Part shown: piece by piece, positions 1-12,294 of the stretch
How positions within the stretch are numbered: the stretch's first letter is position 1
Layout: the number at the start of each line of letters is the position of its first letter
NCBI GenBank assembly: GCA_016703425.1
Contig: JADJCA010000011.1
Location: 250,050 to 314,049 of the forward strand
Origin: Myxococcales bacterium
GTDB lineage: Bacteria > Myxococcota_A > Polyangia > Polyangiales > Polyangiaceae
Length of the DNA stretch: 64,000 nt
Direction: 5' to 3'
The notes under the pieces: model-generated
The model's database searches: none
Told to the model about the DNA's origin: nothing
What the model saw: only the letters and a program-made list of their open reading frames with translations
Program-made: the position numbers and the translations under genes

Positions 1-99
1 GACTTGCTGACACCAACGATCTTCCACGACGCGATCCTCGTCGTCGACTAAGGCGCGTTGCCCGTTGAATGCCGCCCCGTCCGCGGCTACGACGGTCGC

Positions 100-1209
100 A
101 TGAACCGACTGTTCCTCGCGCCCGTTGCCCTCTTGGTCCTCGCTTGCGGTGCCGCCGAGGCGACGCCAGTGGCGCCGCCACCACCGCCGCCCGTCGCGAC
201 CACGCCGCCCGTTGCCGCCGCACCGGTGCCCGTCAAGGCGCCCGAGCCCACGGCTGAAGAGAAGAAGAAGGCTGACGACGCGCGCCAGCTCAAAGAAGAT
301 CGCGCCAAGTGGGAAGAGGACCACAAGCTCGAGCTCGCGCGTTGGAACGCGGAGCTTCACGCTGAGGCAAAGGCCCTCGCGGACAAGAGCTTCCCCAACC
401 TCAAAGCGGCCCTCACGGCAGCGATGGCGGGCCACCACCGCAAGCCCGGCGCCGCCGAACGCGACAAGTCGCGACACCCGCTGGAGACGCTCGAGTTCTT
501 CGGCCTCAAACCCACCATGACCGTCATCGACGTCGGCCCCGGCGAAGGTTGGTACACCGAGCTCTTGGCGCCCGTGCTCGCAAAGGGTGGAAAGTACATC
601 GGCACCTCCGCCGACCCGAACGGTCCCGCGGACGCGCGTGGCACCTTCTACGGCCAGCGGTTCAAGAGCTTCTTGGAGAAGGCGCCGGAGCTCTACGGCA
701 AGGTGCAGACGATGGTCGTCGACGGAAAAGCGCCGAAGCTCGCGGCCGACGGCACCGTCGACATGGTCCTCATCATGCGCGGCGTGCACGGCATGAAGGG
801 CGGCGGCACCTACGGCGCATGGCTCTCCGAAATCCACCGTGCGCTGAAGCCGGGCGGCGTCCTCGGCATCGAGGAGCACCGCGCCCTCGAGGGCGCGAAC
901 CCCGACGAGAGCGCGAAGAAGGGCTACATGCCGGAGAAGTGGGTCATCGAGCAAACGGAAGCGGCGGGCTTCAAGCTCGAGAAGAAGTCAGAGCTCAACG
1001 CGAACAAGAACGACACCAAGGACTACCCGGAGGGCGTCTGGACGCTCCCGCCGACGCTTCGACTGAAGGAGCAGGACCGGGCGAAGTACGTCGCCATCGG
1101 CGAGAGCGACCGGATGACCCTGAAGTTCGTGAAGGTGAAGCCCGCGACCGACAAAGCCGACAAGCCCGCGCCGGCCAAAGCTCCGGCGAAACCCGCCGCG
1201 AAGAAGTAA
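100..1209 (+). CDS. Secreted/lipoprotein class I SAM-dependent methyltransferase (COG4798-like predicted methyltransferase)
   Basis: ORF 58..1209; internal ATG at 100 gives a signal peptide with Cys (MNRLFLAPVALLVLACG). The methyltransferase glycine motif VIDVGPGEGWYT and a later LKPGGVLGIEEH segment are present, followed by a Lys/Pro/Ala-rich C-terminus. Confidence 0.6.
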   Translation: MNRLFLAPVALLVLACGAAEATPVAPPPPPPVATTPPVAAAPVPVKAPEPTAEEKKKADDARQLKEDRAKWEEDHKLELARWNAELHAEAKALADKSFPNLKAALTAAMAGHHRKPGAAERDKSRHPLETLEFFGLKPTMTVIDVGPGEGWYTELLAPVLAKGGKYIGTSADPNGPADARGTFYGQRFKSFLEKAPELYGKVQTMVVDGKAPKLAADGTVDMVLIMRGVHGMKGGGTYGAWLSEIHRALKPGGVLGIEEHRALEGANPDESAKKGYMPEKWVIEQTEAAGFKLEKKSELNANKNDTKDYPEGVWTLPPTLRLKEQDRAKYVAIGESDRMTLKFVKVKPATDKADKPAPAKAPAKPAAKK

Positions 1210-1446
1210 CGGGCCGCGGGCCGCGGACAAATCCAGGCTCCTTGCAGCAATTGGGCACGATGTAGCCACGGCGCGCACGAGCTTGAGGCGATCCACCGAT
1301 GGGGTGGCGGCCTCGGGCGCGTGCCACCTGCGTCACCCTTTTTCGCTGAGCCCGTTACGCCACGACGCGACCTCATGGTGTTGGGCGAGACGGGCGTGAG
1401 GCACTTGTGTTGCAGCGTGCACGATCCTCTGCCCCCTGGAGGATCG

Positions 1447-2622
1447 ATGCCCCGTTCGTCCGCGCTCCCGTCCTTGCTCGCGTTGCTCGCGTCGTTCGCG
1501 CTCTTGGCCTGCTCTGCCGAGACGCCGGCCCCGGACGTTCCGCCGCTCGTTCCGGGCCAAGGCGGCGGCGCGCCGAACCCCGGCGCCAGCGCCGGCGCGA
1601 GCGACACGACCAGCGGGGTCGGGGCGGCGCCCGGGTCGCCGACGCCCTTGCCAACAGCGCCGCCTCTGGTCGGCCCCAACGCGCCCGCAGAACCAACCCC
1701 CCGCGACATGGCCAAGGCGTCTTGGTCGCCCATGAGCACGGTTGGCGCGCCCGCCGACGCCGAGTGCCCTTCAGCCGTGTGGACCGGCTCGAAGATGCTC
1801 GTGGTGGGTGGCTCCCACAGCCGCACGCTCGTCACGGCCTACGACCCCGTGACCGACACGTGGTCCTCGCTTCCGTCGAACAACATGCCGCCGGGTCGCG
1901 TCGAGGCGTCGGCCGTTTGGACCGGCTCGAAGCTCATTCAGTGGGGCGGCCGACAAGTCACCGCCGGTTGCTCGCCGTTCTGTTGGTACTACGAAGGCTA
2001 CACGTACGATCCCGACAAGGGCTCTTGGACTCAGAACGCCAACGCCCCCGTCGTCGACGGGTTGTACTTTGCACGTTTTGGTCACGCGGCCGTGTGGACC
2101 GGCACGAAGATGTTCGTCTACGGAGGGAACTTCCCCTCCATCGTGTTCGGCCTCGCACAAACCTACGACCCAACGAGCAATCAATGGGCTGCGGCTCCGA
2201 CCGCACCCGAGGCCCGCTCGATGGTCGCGGGCACGATGATGGGGGACAAGGCGCTCTTTTGGGGCGGCGCCGACTCCGTTGATCCGTCGACGGCCGCTGC
2301 GGCCTACGAGGCAGTGGTCTTTGATCCGACCACCCAGAAGTGGTCCGCGGCGCTCAAGCCTTCGCCGCTCAAGCCTCGCGCCGGCGTCTCGCTCGTGTGG
2401 ACCGGGCGAGAAGCCGTCGTTTGGGGTGGGACGCTCGGCGCCGAGACCTTCGGCGACGGCGCAGCCTACAACCCACAAACCGGTGTTTGGAGCGTGCTTC
2501 CCAACAAGGGAGCGCCCTCGGCGCGCCGCTGCGCGGCGTCCGTGTGGACCGGCAAGGAGACCATCGTGTGGGGCGGCGTCTCCGGAGGAACGGCGCAAGC
2601 GTCGGGCGCCATCCTCCGCTGA
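1447..2622 (+). CDS. Kelch-repeat lipoprotein
   Basis: ORF 1321..2622; internal ATG at 1447 gives a lipoprotein signal (LLALLASFALLACSAE). Five or six repeats of the form (A/S)VWTG-K-hydrophobic-x-GG are typical of Kelch/galactose-oxidase beta-propeller blades. Confidence 0.6.
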   Translation: MPRSSALPSLLALLASFALLACSAETPAPDVPPLVPGQGGGAPNPGASAGASDTTSGVGAAPGSPTPLPTAPPLVGPNAPAEPTPRDMAKASWSPMSTVGAPADAECPSAVWTGSKMLVVGGSHSRTLVTAYDPVTDTWSSLPSNNMPPGRVEASAVWTGSKLIQWGGRQVTAGCSPFCWYYEGYTYDPDKGSWTQNANAPVVDGLYFARFGHAAVWTGTKMFVYGGNFPSIVFGLAQTYDPTSNQWAAAPTAPEARSMVAGTMMGDKALFWGGADSVDPSTAAAAYEAVVFDPTTQKWSAALKPSPLKPRAGVSLVWTGREAVVWGGTLGAETFGDGAAYNPQTGVWSVLPNKGAPSARRCAASVWTGKETIVWGGVSGGTAQASGAILR

Positions 2623-2713
2623 ACAAATCTCGACGCGCCCTCGATTCCTTTAAAAGGGGACCATCTTAGTCTTCTTTGATGCCGCGCTACGCAGCGGCGG
2701 ATACGCTCGCGGC

Positions 2714-3714
2714 ATGCCGTTGGGGGCTTCGAGCAACCTGTTCCGCCTCGTTCTTGAGGCGTCGCCTACGGGAATGCTCATGGCCGACGAAGACGGCATC
2801 GTCGTGCTCGTCAACGAGGCGACGGAGCGGCTCTTCGGCTACTCACGCGACGATCTCGTGGGCCTGCCGCTGGAGGTCTTGGTGCCGGCACGGTTTCGCG
2901 CGGGCCACCCCGCGCTTCGCAAGGACTACGCGGAGAGCCCGCGCATCCGCGCCATGGCGGAGAGCCGCGACCTCTACGGCGTCGCCAAGAACGGCGAGGA
3001 AATTCCCCTCGAGATCCGTTTGAACCCCGTGACCATGGAGGGGCGTCGCTACGTCCTCAGCAGCATCGTCAACGTCAGCGAGCGAAAGCTCGCGGCGGCG
3101 GCCCTCGAGGCCTCGCTGAAGGAGAAGGAGACGCTCCTTCGCGAGGTTCATCATCGGGTGAAGAACAACCTGCAGGTCATCTCGAGCCTGTTGAACCTCC
3201 AAGCGGCCACGAGCGACGAGCAGCTGAAGGACAGGCTCCTCCAGGTTCGCGATCGCATCCATTCCATCGCCATGATCCACGAGAGCCTTTACGGCGCCGT
3301 CGATCTGGCTCGCGTCAACTTCGCCGACTACCTAAGGCGACTAACCACCAACCTCGGGGGCCTCGGGGCCGGGCGCACCGAGATCACCGTCGACGCGGAG
3401 GGCGTGATGGTCCCGCTCGACGTCGCTGTGCCGTGCGGCCTCATCGTGAACGAGCTGGTCACCAACGCCGTGAAGCACGGGATTGGGCAGCGGAACGGTT
3501 GCGTTCGCATCGTGGCCACGCACCCGAACGACGCGGGCCCGCTAACGCTCACCGTGAGAGACAACGGCGTCGGCCTACCCGACGGACTCGATCCGACGAC
3601 TGGGGGAAACATGGGAATGATGATTGTCGCGACGCTCATTCGTCAGCTCGGCTCCTCGCTTCGAGTCAAGAGAGAGGGGGGCACCGAGATCTCCTTCGAC
3701 GTCCCGGTGCACCC

Positions 3715-3718
<4 letters not shown>
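2714..3718 (+). CDS. PAS-domain sensor histidine kinase (HisKA_2/HWE-type)
   Basis: An N-terminal PAS-like segment is followed by HHRVKNNLQVISSLLNLQ (HisKA_2 phosphoacceptor helix) and an HATPase_c-like C-terminus (VTNAVKHG, DNGVGLP). Confidence 0.65.
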
Positions 3719-5590
<1,872 letters not shown>

Positions 5591-5619
<29 letters not shown>

Positions 5620-6952
5620 CGCGGGGCTCGCCCAAGTGGGCAGCCCGCGCGAGGCCCTCTGCGTAGGCCGCGCGGTCGCGGAACGTGCCGCGAACGAAGG
5701 CGACGCCGCGGCCATGTTGTTCGAGCGCATCGTGCGTGGCGGCGCCGGGGAGACACCGCCGCGCCTCGGCGAGCGCGAGACGAAAGGCTGCGGCCTGCTC
5801 CTCGGTCTCCCAGAGCGACGCCCACGCGAGCGCGTGCGGGACGCTCGCTTGCGGCGTTGGAACCGACGGGGAGCCGACAACGAACCGTTCGCCAACGAGG
5901 CCACCGAGGAGCGTCGCGCGCTTCCGGCACCGTGATGCGACGAGCTGAGTCCGGAACTCGCCCAACGAACCGCCTCCTTCGCGCACGAGCCCAGCGGGGA
6001 TTGGGGGCTCCGGTAGCACTCGCGGCTTGTGACCGCGCAGGAAGGCTTCCGGGTGCAGGATTTCCATGGTGCTCGTCGGCGGCGCTCGAAAGGCGGCGTC
6101 AATGCGCGCCGTGCCGCCCACCTCGTAGAGGCGGGCCACAAAGCGCAGGCCCGCTAAGTAAGGAAAGAGGGCCTCCTCGCGCTCGTCGTTCGGGGCTCCG
6201 AGGACGCGTTGCGAAGCGCCCACCGCGCGCGCGACGGTGGCGCCCGGCAGCGCGTCGATGGCCCCGAGTGCGCGGGCGAGGAACGTTCCCTCCGCCTCGC
6301 CAACGCGACGCGCGGCGAGCCGTTCGCGAAGCAAGACCGCGTCCCCTTCGTAGAGCGCCTCGGCGGCGAGAGCCTCGTCGGGCGACGCGCCATCGGCGAT
6401 GAGTCCGAAGTGTTGGTCCTGCAGCGCGTGAACCAGCTCGTGGGCGACGATGCCGTCGAAGCGGGAGCGTCCTTCCGACGCGGCGTCGCCGCGGACGATG
6501 AGTCGGTGGGTGACGAAGTCGTAGAGTCCGACGTAGCGCTCTTGCGAGGCGCCGCCGGAAGCCGCGCGCGTGGGGCCCAGCCCAAAGACGCGGGCCACGA
6601 GGGCACGCGACGGGTGCGGCGACGACGCGGTGCTCGCGCGCACGCGGCGCACGAAGTCGACGCGACCGAGGAGCTCCACCGCAACGGGGCGACGAAAGGC
6701 GAGGCCGCGAAGCGCGGTCACCTCGGCGAAGAGCTCCGCGTGCGAGCCCGCGGGCATGGTCGCTGCCTCTGCGGCGCTCGCGGAGGGCGCCGGCGAGGCG
6801 CTAGCCGACGCCTGCGGTGGTGTGTGTCCGGCGTCGGTCCGAGCGGAGCCGATCGGTGCCATGGGCGGAACCACGGTGGCGCCACGCGGTGCACAGCCGC
6901 CTAGGAGGAGCGCGGCCAGGAGCGCGCGGCCGAGGAGCCAAGGCTGTCCCAC
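5591..6952 (-). CDS. HExxH-motif putative zinc metallopeptidase lipoprotein
   Basis: ORF 5591..7069 (-). An internal GTG at 6952 gives the signal/lipobox WLLGRALLAALLLGGC. An HExxH motif lies in IVAHELVHALQDQHFG. No closer family assignment is possible by eye. Confidence 0.45.
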
Positions 6953-7044
6953 GCTGACCAGACAGGGCCTTTGCGCCGAAGTTCCCGCCTTGTCGGGGGC
7001 GGGATTGGCTCTAAATTGCCGTCGCGGCCCGACCCGAGCGGGCC

Positions 7045-7557
7045 TTGCGAGGGGCGATGACGCGATCAACGACGGTTCGCGAGGCGCGCGACGCGTACCT
7101 CGCGGAGAACGGCTTCACCGTGGCCGGCTACGACGAACCCAAGACGGAAGCGTCGTTCATGGGGATTCGCTTCACGGTGCCAAACACGCCGCGGCATCGC
7201 TTCGCGATCATGCTCCACGACCTGCACCACGTGGCCACGGGCTTTGGAACCGACATCGTCGGCGAGGGGGAGATCTCCGCCTGGGAGCTGAGGCACATTC
7301 GAGCGCTCGGGTGGTACGTGGGCGGCATCGTGGCGCTCGGCGCTTTCGCCGGCGCCGCCGCGGCGCCGCGCCGCGCGTGGGCCGCGTTCCGCGGGATGCG
7401 CGGCAAGACCCTCTTTGACTTGGCCCGGACGGAAGCCGAATACGAAGCGCTGCTGGAGCTCGATGTGAGCGAGCTTCGACGGAGGCTGAACGTACCTCCG
7501 GACGGCCTTGCGCGGGGGCCGCGCCACCTGCACCGATACGCGCCGCCGCGGCCCTAG
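7045..7557 (+). CDS. Coq4-like protein (HDxxH-x11-E zinc motif)
   Basis: MLHDLHHVATGFGTDIVGEGE matches the Coq4-family HDxxH...E metal-binding motif; length about 170 aa. Confidence 0.4.
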   Translation: MRGAMTRSTTVREARDAYLAENGFTVAGYDEPKTEASFMGIRFTVPNTPRHRFAIMLHDLHHVATGFGTDIVGEGEISAWELRHIRALGWYVGGIVALGAFAGAAAAPRRAWAAFRGMRGKTLFDLARTEAEYEALLELDVSELRRRLNVPPDGLARGPRHLHRYAPPRP

Positions 7558-7597
7558 ATGGGCGTCGATTTTGTGATCCATCGGCGGTCCTCGGGCC

Positions 7598-8560
7598 ATG
7601 ATCGCCGCGATGAGTCAGAACGCGATGGCTTGCTCTCGCTGCGGTGCACCGACTTGGGCCGGTGCGGCATGCGCACGATGCGGAGCTCCGCCGGCGGGCG
7701 CCCCGGCGCAGGGGTATGGCCCTTCGCATGCCCAAGGCGCGCCGCCCAACGCCTATGGTCCGCCGGGCGCGCACGGCGGTCCCCCATTTGGAGCGGCCCC
7801 ACCGGGCCCAGGCCCCTACGGGGCGCCGGGTATGGCGGGCGGGATGGGCCCGGGCATGCCGGTGAACCCCGCCGCCGCGATGTTCGTAAACGCCATGGGT
7901 CAGGTGCCGGGGGCTGGCCGCAAGAGCAGCGTGCTTCCGATCCTTGGGGTCGTCTTGGTCGTGCTCCTCGTGGGTGCCGGGAGCGTCGCCTTCGCGTTCT
8001 TGAAAGGCAGCTTGTTCCAGCCCAAAGGAACGGCCAACGCGAAAGACTTCGGCATCGATCCCGCGAGGGCGACGCCCGAGGCGATCCTCACGGCCGCCAC
8101 CAAGCTCGCGAAGGGCTGGCGCTCCGACGCTCAATTCCGAGCGCTCTCCGTCAACGGCCTCCGTGTCGACGGCACCGTTGACCTCACATCGGGCAACGCG
8201 CAGGTCGAGTTTTTCTCTCCGTCGCGCGTCGCGGCCTTCACCGAGAAGGGGCGCCAAGATTCAGTGAAGAAGTTCGCCTTCAACAGCGAGCGCATCGTCT
8301 TCAAAGATCGCTGGGACGTGAAGAAGAAGCCTTGGAAGTTCGTGCAGGCCACGCCAACGCCGAGCTGCCCCAGCAGCGAGCTAGGCAAGGTTCTCAAGGC
8401 CGCCGGAGCGAAGGCCGACGCAAAGGGCATCCTCGCCGTTCATCCGCGTTATGGGGCGACCTACAAGGTGAACATGGGTCCCTTGAACAAGTGGTATTCG
8501 CTCACCGACTGCAAGGAGCTCTTCTCCGCCGGCAGCGGCTCCGCCGACGACGACGAATGA
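7598..8560 (+). CDS. Zinc-ribbon / Pro-Gly-rich / single-TM membrane protein, function unknown
   Basis: N-terminal CSRCG...CARCG zinc ribbon, a Pro/Gly-rich linker, one hydrophobic helix (VLPILGVVLVVLLVGAGSVAFAFL), then an extracytoplasmic domain of about 180 aa. Confidence 0.4.
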   Translation: MIAAMSQNAMACSRCGAPTWAGAACARCGAPPAGAPAQGYGPSHAQGAPPNAYGPPGAHGGPPFGAAPPGPGPYGAPGMAGGMGPGMPVNPAAAMFVNAMGQVPGAGRKSSVLPILGVVLVVLLVGAGSVAFAFLKGSLFQPKGTANAKDFGIDPARATPEAILTAATKLAKGWRSDAQFRALSVNGLRVDGTVDLTSGNAQVEFFSPSRVAAFTEKGRQDSVKKFAFNSERIVFKDRWDVKKKPWKFVQATPTPSCPSSELGKVLKAAGAKADAKGILAVHPRYGATYKVNMGPLNKWYSLTDCKELFSAGSGSADDDE

Positions 8561-8594
8561 GCGCGCGAAGACGCTGTCGGCTCCGTCCGACAGC

Positions 8595-9899
8595 TTGATG
8601 AGACGCGCTCACGGCGCAGACGTGAGCTACGTGTACCCTGCGCCCGTGGACGAGCCGAATCGCGCCATCGGCACCGCTTCGCTCCTCGCGCTCGGCGTCA
8701 ACGGCATCGTCGGCGTTGGCATTTTCTTCGCGCCATCGGCGCTCGCGGCGGAGGTCGGCGCGACGGGAAGCGTGCTCGTTCTCCTCGCGGTGGCCGCAGC
8801 CCTTGTGCCGGTGGCGCTTTGCTTCGCGATCTTAGGGAAACGTTTCCCTGTCGACGGCGGGCCCGTCGCGTTCGCGCGAGACGCCTTCGGGCCGCGCACC
8901 GCATTCGCCGTCGGTTGGCTCGCCTATGCGAGCGCGCTCTTCAGCTCTGCCGCCGTCGTGTCAGGCCTCGTTCAGGCGACCTTCGGCGCCGGCCCCAAGA
9001 GCACCGCGATCGCCGTGGGCGCGGCGCTGGTGCTCGCCGCGATCGTCGCGCTGGGCGTCGACGTGTCGAGGCGCGCGTGGTCGACACTCACCGCGCTGAA
9101 GCTCGCGCCGCTCGTCGCTTTGGCCTTCGTCTCCGTGGTCAGCACGCGAGTCGCTGAACCGGCGCCGGCGGACGCCGCTGTGTTCACCGCGAGCGGCGCG
9201 CTGCGCGCGGCGCTGACCGCATGTTTTGCCTTCCAGGGTTTCGAGATCATCCCGGTCATCGCAGGCCAGACGAAGCGCGTCGAGCGGGCCGTCCCGCGCG
9301 CCATCCTCGGCTCGCTGCTCTTCGCGGCAGCGCTCTACGCGCTGCTCCAGTGGGGCTTCGTTCGGTCCGGCGTGCCGCTGACGTCGACGGAACCGCTCGT
9401 CGACGCGGGCGCGCGGCTTTCGGGGCCCCGCTTCGGCGCGGTCTTGCGCGCGGGAACGAGCGTCTCGGCGCTGGGCATCGCCTTCGGAATGATGGTGACC
9501 ACGCCGCGCTACCTCTCGGCCGCCACCTCCGGTCGCCTCGCCGCGACCGATCGGCGCGGCGTGCCGCAGCGGGCGCTCTTCGTCACGGCGGTCGCCCTTG
9601 TCGGTCTCCTGACCTTCGCCCGCCTCGCCGAGCTCTTCGTTCTCTCGAGCCTGGCCGTCGTCATTCAATACGCGGCGGTCGCACTATCCCTCTTGCGGCT
9701 CGCGGCTCGGCGGCGCCACGGGCTCGGGCCGAAGCACTACCTGCCGGCCATCGCGACCCTCATCTTTTCCGTGACGCTCTTGGGCTCGCCCTCGGCGACG
9801 GAGTGGCGAGTCTTCGCGGCTCTCCTGGTGGTCGGCGTATTTGCGTACTTTTTTGCGGGGGTTCGGGGTACGCGCCGCGCCCAAGAGCCGCCCCCGTAA
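8595..9899 (+). CDS. APC-family amino acid/polyamine permease
   Basis: A 434-aa polytopic membrane protein with about 12 hydrophobic segments. The N-terminal pattern IGTASLLALGVNGIVGVGIFFAP is typical of APC transporters. Confidence 0.6.
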   Translation: MMRRAHGADVSYVYPAPVDEPNRAIGTASLLALGVNGIVGVGIFFAPSALAAEVGATGSVLVLLAVAAALVPVALCFAILGKRFPVDGGPVAFARDAFGPRTAFAVGWLAYASALFSSAAVVSGLVQATFGAGPKSTAIAVGAALVLAAIVALGVDVSRRAWSTLTALKLAPLVALAFVSVVSTRVAEPAPADAAVFTASGALRAALTACFAFQGFEIIPVIAGQTKRVERAVPRAILGSLLFAAALYALLQWGFVRSGVPLTSTEPLVDAGARLSGPRFGAVLRAGTSVSALGIAFGMMVTTPRYLSAATSGRLAATDRRGVPQRALFVTAVALVGLLTFARLAELFVLSSLAVVIQYAAVALSLLRLAARRRHGLGPKHYLPAIATLIFSVTLLGSPSATEWRVFAALLVVGVFAYFFAGVRGTRRAQEPPP

Positions 9900-9943
9900 C
9901 GACGAGCATTGGTGCCGAGCCCGTCCCTTGGTAGGAGAGGGGC

Positions 9944-11500
9944 GTGACAGAAAAGGCCCTTGGCGCGGACGCGCCCTACGAAGTCCTCGCTCCCCTCGCC
10001 GGTGGTACCTACGGCGAGAACCTCGTCGCCGTGCGGAAGGACCGCCTCGGCGTCGGTAAGCTCGTCGTCCTGCGTCAACTCAGGCGAAGCCTCTCGAGCG
10101 ATCGCGGCGCGGCCCAGGCCTTCGTCGAAATGGGCAAGCGCGCCGTGCGCCTATCGCACCCCAACGTCGTCACCACGTTCGAGCTGACGGAGCGGGGCGG
10201 AACGCTCGCCGCCGTGACCGAATACTCCGAGGGCGAGCCGCTTGACGCGATCATGGCGGCGGTCGTCTCGGCGCCCAGCGCCGTCGATCCCCGACTGTGG
10301 CTCCTCTTGATCTACGAGGCCCTGGCGGGACTCCACTACGCTCATGAGCTCGACGACTTCGACGGCTCGCCGCTCGAGCTCGTGCACGGTGGGCTCACGC
10401 CGCGACGCATCTTCGCCTCCTACACGGGACGCGTCTTTCTGACGGACTTCGGCCTCGCCACCTTGGCCCCCCACGCGAAGCGCATCGAGGGAACGTATCT
10501 GCCGGAAATGGTCGGCTACGCGTCGCCGGAGCAGCGCTCCGGCCTCGAGACCGATCGCCGGAGCGACATCTTCTCCATCGGCGTCATTCTCTGGGAGCTC
10601 TTGTCGGGCAAGCGGCACCACGCCCCAGCGGACCTCGAGACGGAGATGGAGCCCTTGCCCAACCTCAAGGAGCTCAAGGAGGGCATCGAGCCGACGTTGG
10701 CGGCAGCCGTCGCGCGCGCCGTCGCCCTCAATCCGTCGGCGCGCTGGGCCACAGCAGCGGAGTTCAAGCGCGCGCTCGAGCCGCACGTGGACCTCGGCCT
10801 CTTGCGACGCGGCGCCATCGGTGAGTCGGTGGCGGCGCTTTTCGCCAAGTCGCGCGACAAGATCCCTTCGCTCTTGGCACGTCGCCTCGAGCCGCTCGGC
10901 AAGCAGGGCCCCTTGTCGTTGGCGCTGCGTCCGTCGGCGCCGCCCGGCGCGACGGAAGACGCCGAGGAGGAGGCCTTCCTCCTCGCTTCCCCCATCGAAC
11001 CGGTCTCCGAAGCGCAGGTCATTTCCGTGCGCGAACTGGTGAGCGAGTCGGAGCTCCTCGAAGGGGCCGGTGCCGGTGGCAGCGCCGACGCGGCCCCGCC
11101 GGTCTTGAGCAGCGTGGAGCTGGTGGTCGATTTCGGCTCTGGGCAGTTGCCGGAACCGGGCGACGGAGCCCGCGCGCCGGTGCCCGTCGAGTCGGCGCCG
11201 GTCATGACAGAACGCAGTCCTCGCGCGAGTCTTTCGGCGGACCCGGGCGCACAGGTCTCCGTCGCGCCGCCTACGGAGGTCACGCCCCGAGTGGCCGAAG
11301 AGTCCGCCGAGGAAGGCGCCCGGCCCACACTCACGGAGGCGGCGCCGGCTTCCGCGAGCGCGCCGGAGGCGCTGGCCTCGACGCCCAAGCCGAAGGCGGC
11401 TGAGGCGAAGGGCAGCGTCCCGCCGAAGGCCGAGCCGAAGACTGCCCCCCCATCCGACAAAGGAAGCGGATCCGGCAAGAACGAACCGGACAAGGCCTGA
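9944..11500 (+). CDS. Ser/Thr protein kinase-like pseudokinase with disordered Pro/Ala/Ser-rich C-terminus
   Basis: Kinase-fold landmarks are present (DFGLA, ASPEQ, W-x-G), but the catalytic-loop HRDLKPxN is replaced by LVHGGLTPRRI (no catalytic Asp). The C-terminal 200 aa are low complexity. Confidence 0.55.
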   Translation: MTEKALGADAPYEVLAPLAGGTYGENLVAVRKDRLGVGKLVVLRQLRRSLSSDRGAAQAFVEMGKRAVRLSHPNVVTTFELTERGGTLAAVTEYSEGEPLDAIMAAVVSAPSAVDPRLWLLLIYEALAGLHYAHELDDFDGSPLELVHGGLTPRRIFASYTGRVFLTDFGLATLAPHAKRIEGTYLPEMVGYASPEQRSGLETDRRSDIFSIGVILWELLSGKRHHAPADLETEMEPLPNLKELKEGIEPTLAAAVARAVALNPSARWATAAEFKRALEPHVDLGLLRRGAIGESVAALFAKSRDKIPSLLARRLEPLGKQGPLSLALRPSAPPGATEDAEEEAFLLASPIEPVSEAQVISVRELVSESELLEGAGAGGSADAAPPVLSSVELVVDFGSGQLPEPGDGARAPVPVESAPVMTERSPRASLSADPGAQVSVAPPTEVTPRVAEESAEEGARPTLTEAAPASASAPEALASTPKPKAAEAKGSVPPKAEPKTAPPSDKGSGSGKNEPDKA

Positions 11501-11589
11501 GGTACTCGCCCGTCATCGACACGTCACAGAAACGGCACACGCGCTCGTTACAACGCGCTCCAGCAACCACGAGAGTATGAGGAGCAACG

Positions 11590-12294
11590 ATGATGGCTCG
11601 CATCTTGGTCGTTGAGGACGAGAAGGATCTTCAAGAAATTCTCGACTACAACCTTCGGCAAGCGGGCCACAAGACCTACCTGGCCGACACAGGCCACGCG
11701 GGCCTGCGCATCGCCCGGGAGAAGAAGCCCGACGTGGTCCTGCTCGACCTCATGCTCCCCGACATCGCCGGGACCGAGGTCTGTCGAGCGCTCAAGTCTG
11801 AGGCAGCGACGCGCGACGCGCAGGTCATCATGGTGACCGCGAAGGGCGAGGAAATCGATCGCGTGGTGGGCTTCGAGCTCGGCGCCGACGACTACGTGAC
11901 GAAGCCTTTCAGCGTGCGCGAGTTGTTGCTCCGCATCCAGGCCGTCCTTCGCCGCGTCACCGGAGAGCTCGAGACCGACAAGCTCGTCTCCTTTGGTGAT
12001 CTGCGCGTCGATCGGGCGGCCCATCGGGCCTGGGTTCGCGACACCGAGATCGAGCTCACGGCCCTCGAGTTCAAGCTGCTGATCACGCTCTTCGATCGCA
12101 AGAACCGCGTGCAGTCGCGCGGCACCTTGCTCCGCGACGTGTGGAACCTCGACGCCGAGATAGAGACGCGCACCGTTGACACGCACGTCAAGCGCCTCCG
12201 GGAGAAGCTCGGCTCGGCCGCCGAGTACATCCAAACGGTGCGCGGCACGGGCTATCGGTTCGCCGAAGACCCAGCCGAGGAGCCCGACGGTTGA
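11590..12294 (+). CDS. OmpR/PhoB-family response regulator (PhoB-like)
   Basis: Receiver (ILVVEDE ... VVLLDLMLPD) plus winged-helix domain. Strong similarity to PhoB signature stretches (TAKGEEIDRVVGFELGADDYVTKPFS; VQTVRGTGYRF). Confidence 0.75.
   Translation: MMARILVVEDEKDLQEILDYNLRQAGHKTYLADTGHAGLRIAREKKPDVVLLDLMLPDIAGTEVCRALKSEAATRDAQVIMVTAKGEEIDRVVGFELGADDYVTKPFSVRELLLRIQAVLRRVTGELETDKLVSFGDLRVDRAAHRAWVRDTEIELTALEFKLLITLFDRKNRVQSRGTLLRDVWNLDAEIETRTVDTHVKRLREKLGSAAEYIQTVRGTGYRFAEDPAEEPDG

Noticed and set aside
549-1265. Alternative-frame ORFs overlapping the first methyltransferase and Kelch genes on the same strand
   Set aside because: These are frame-shifted readings of real genes with Arg-rich junk composition. 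Others of this kind: 125..520, 1407..2282, and 32330..33046 over tolC.
2623-2713. Possible terminator hairpin (GCCGCGCT-ACG-CAGCGGCGG) after the Kelch gene
   Set aside because: The stem is imperfect, there is no T-tract, and the next gene starts only 25 nt later. Too weak to call.
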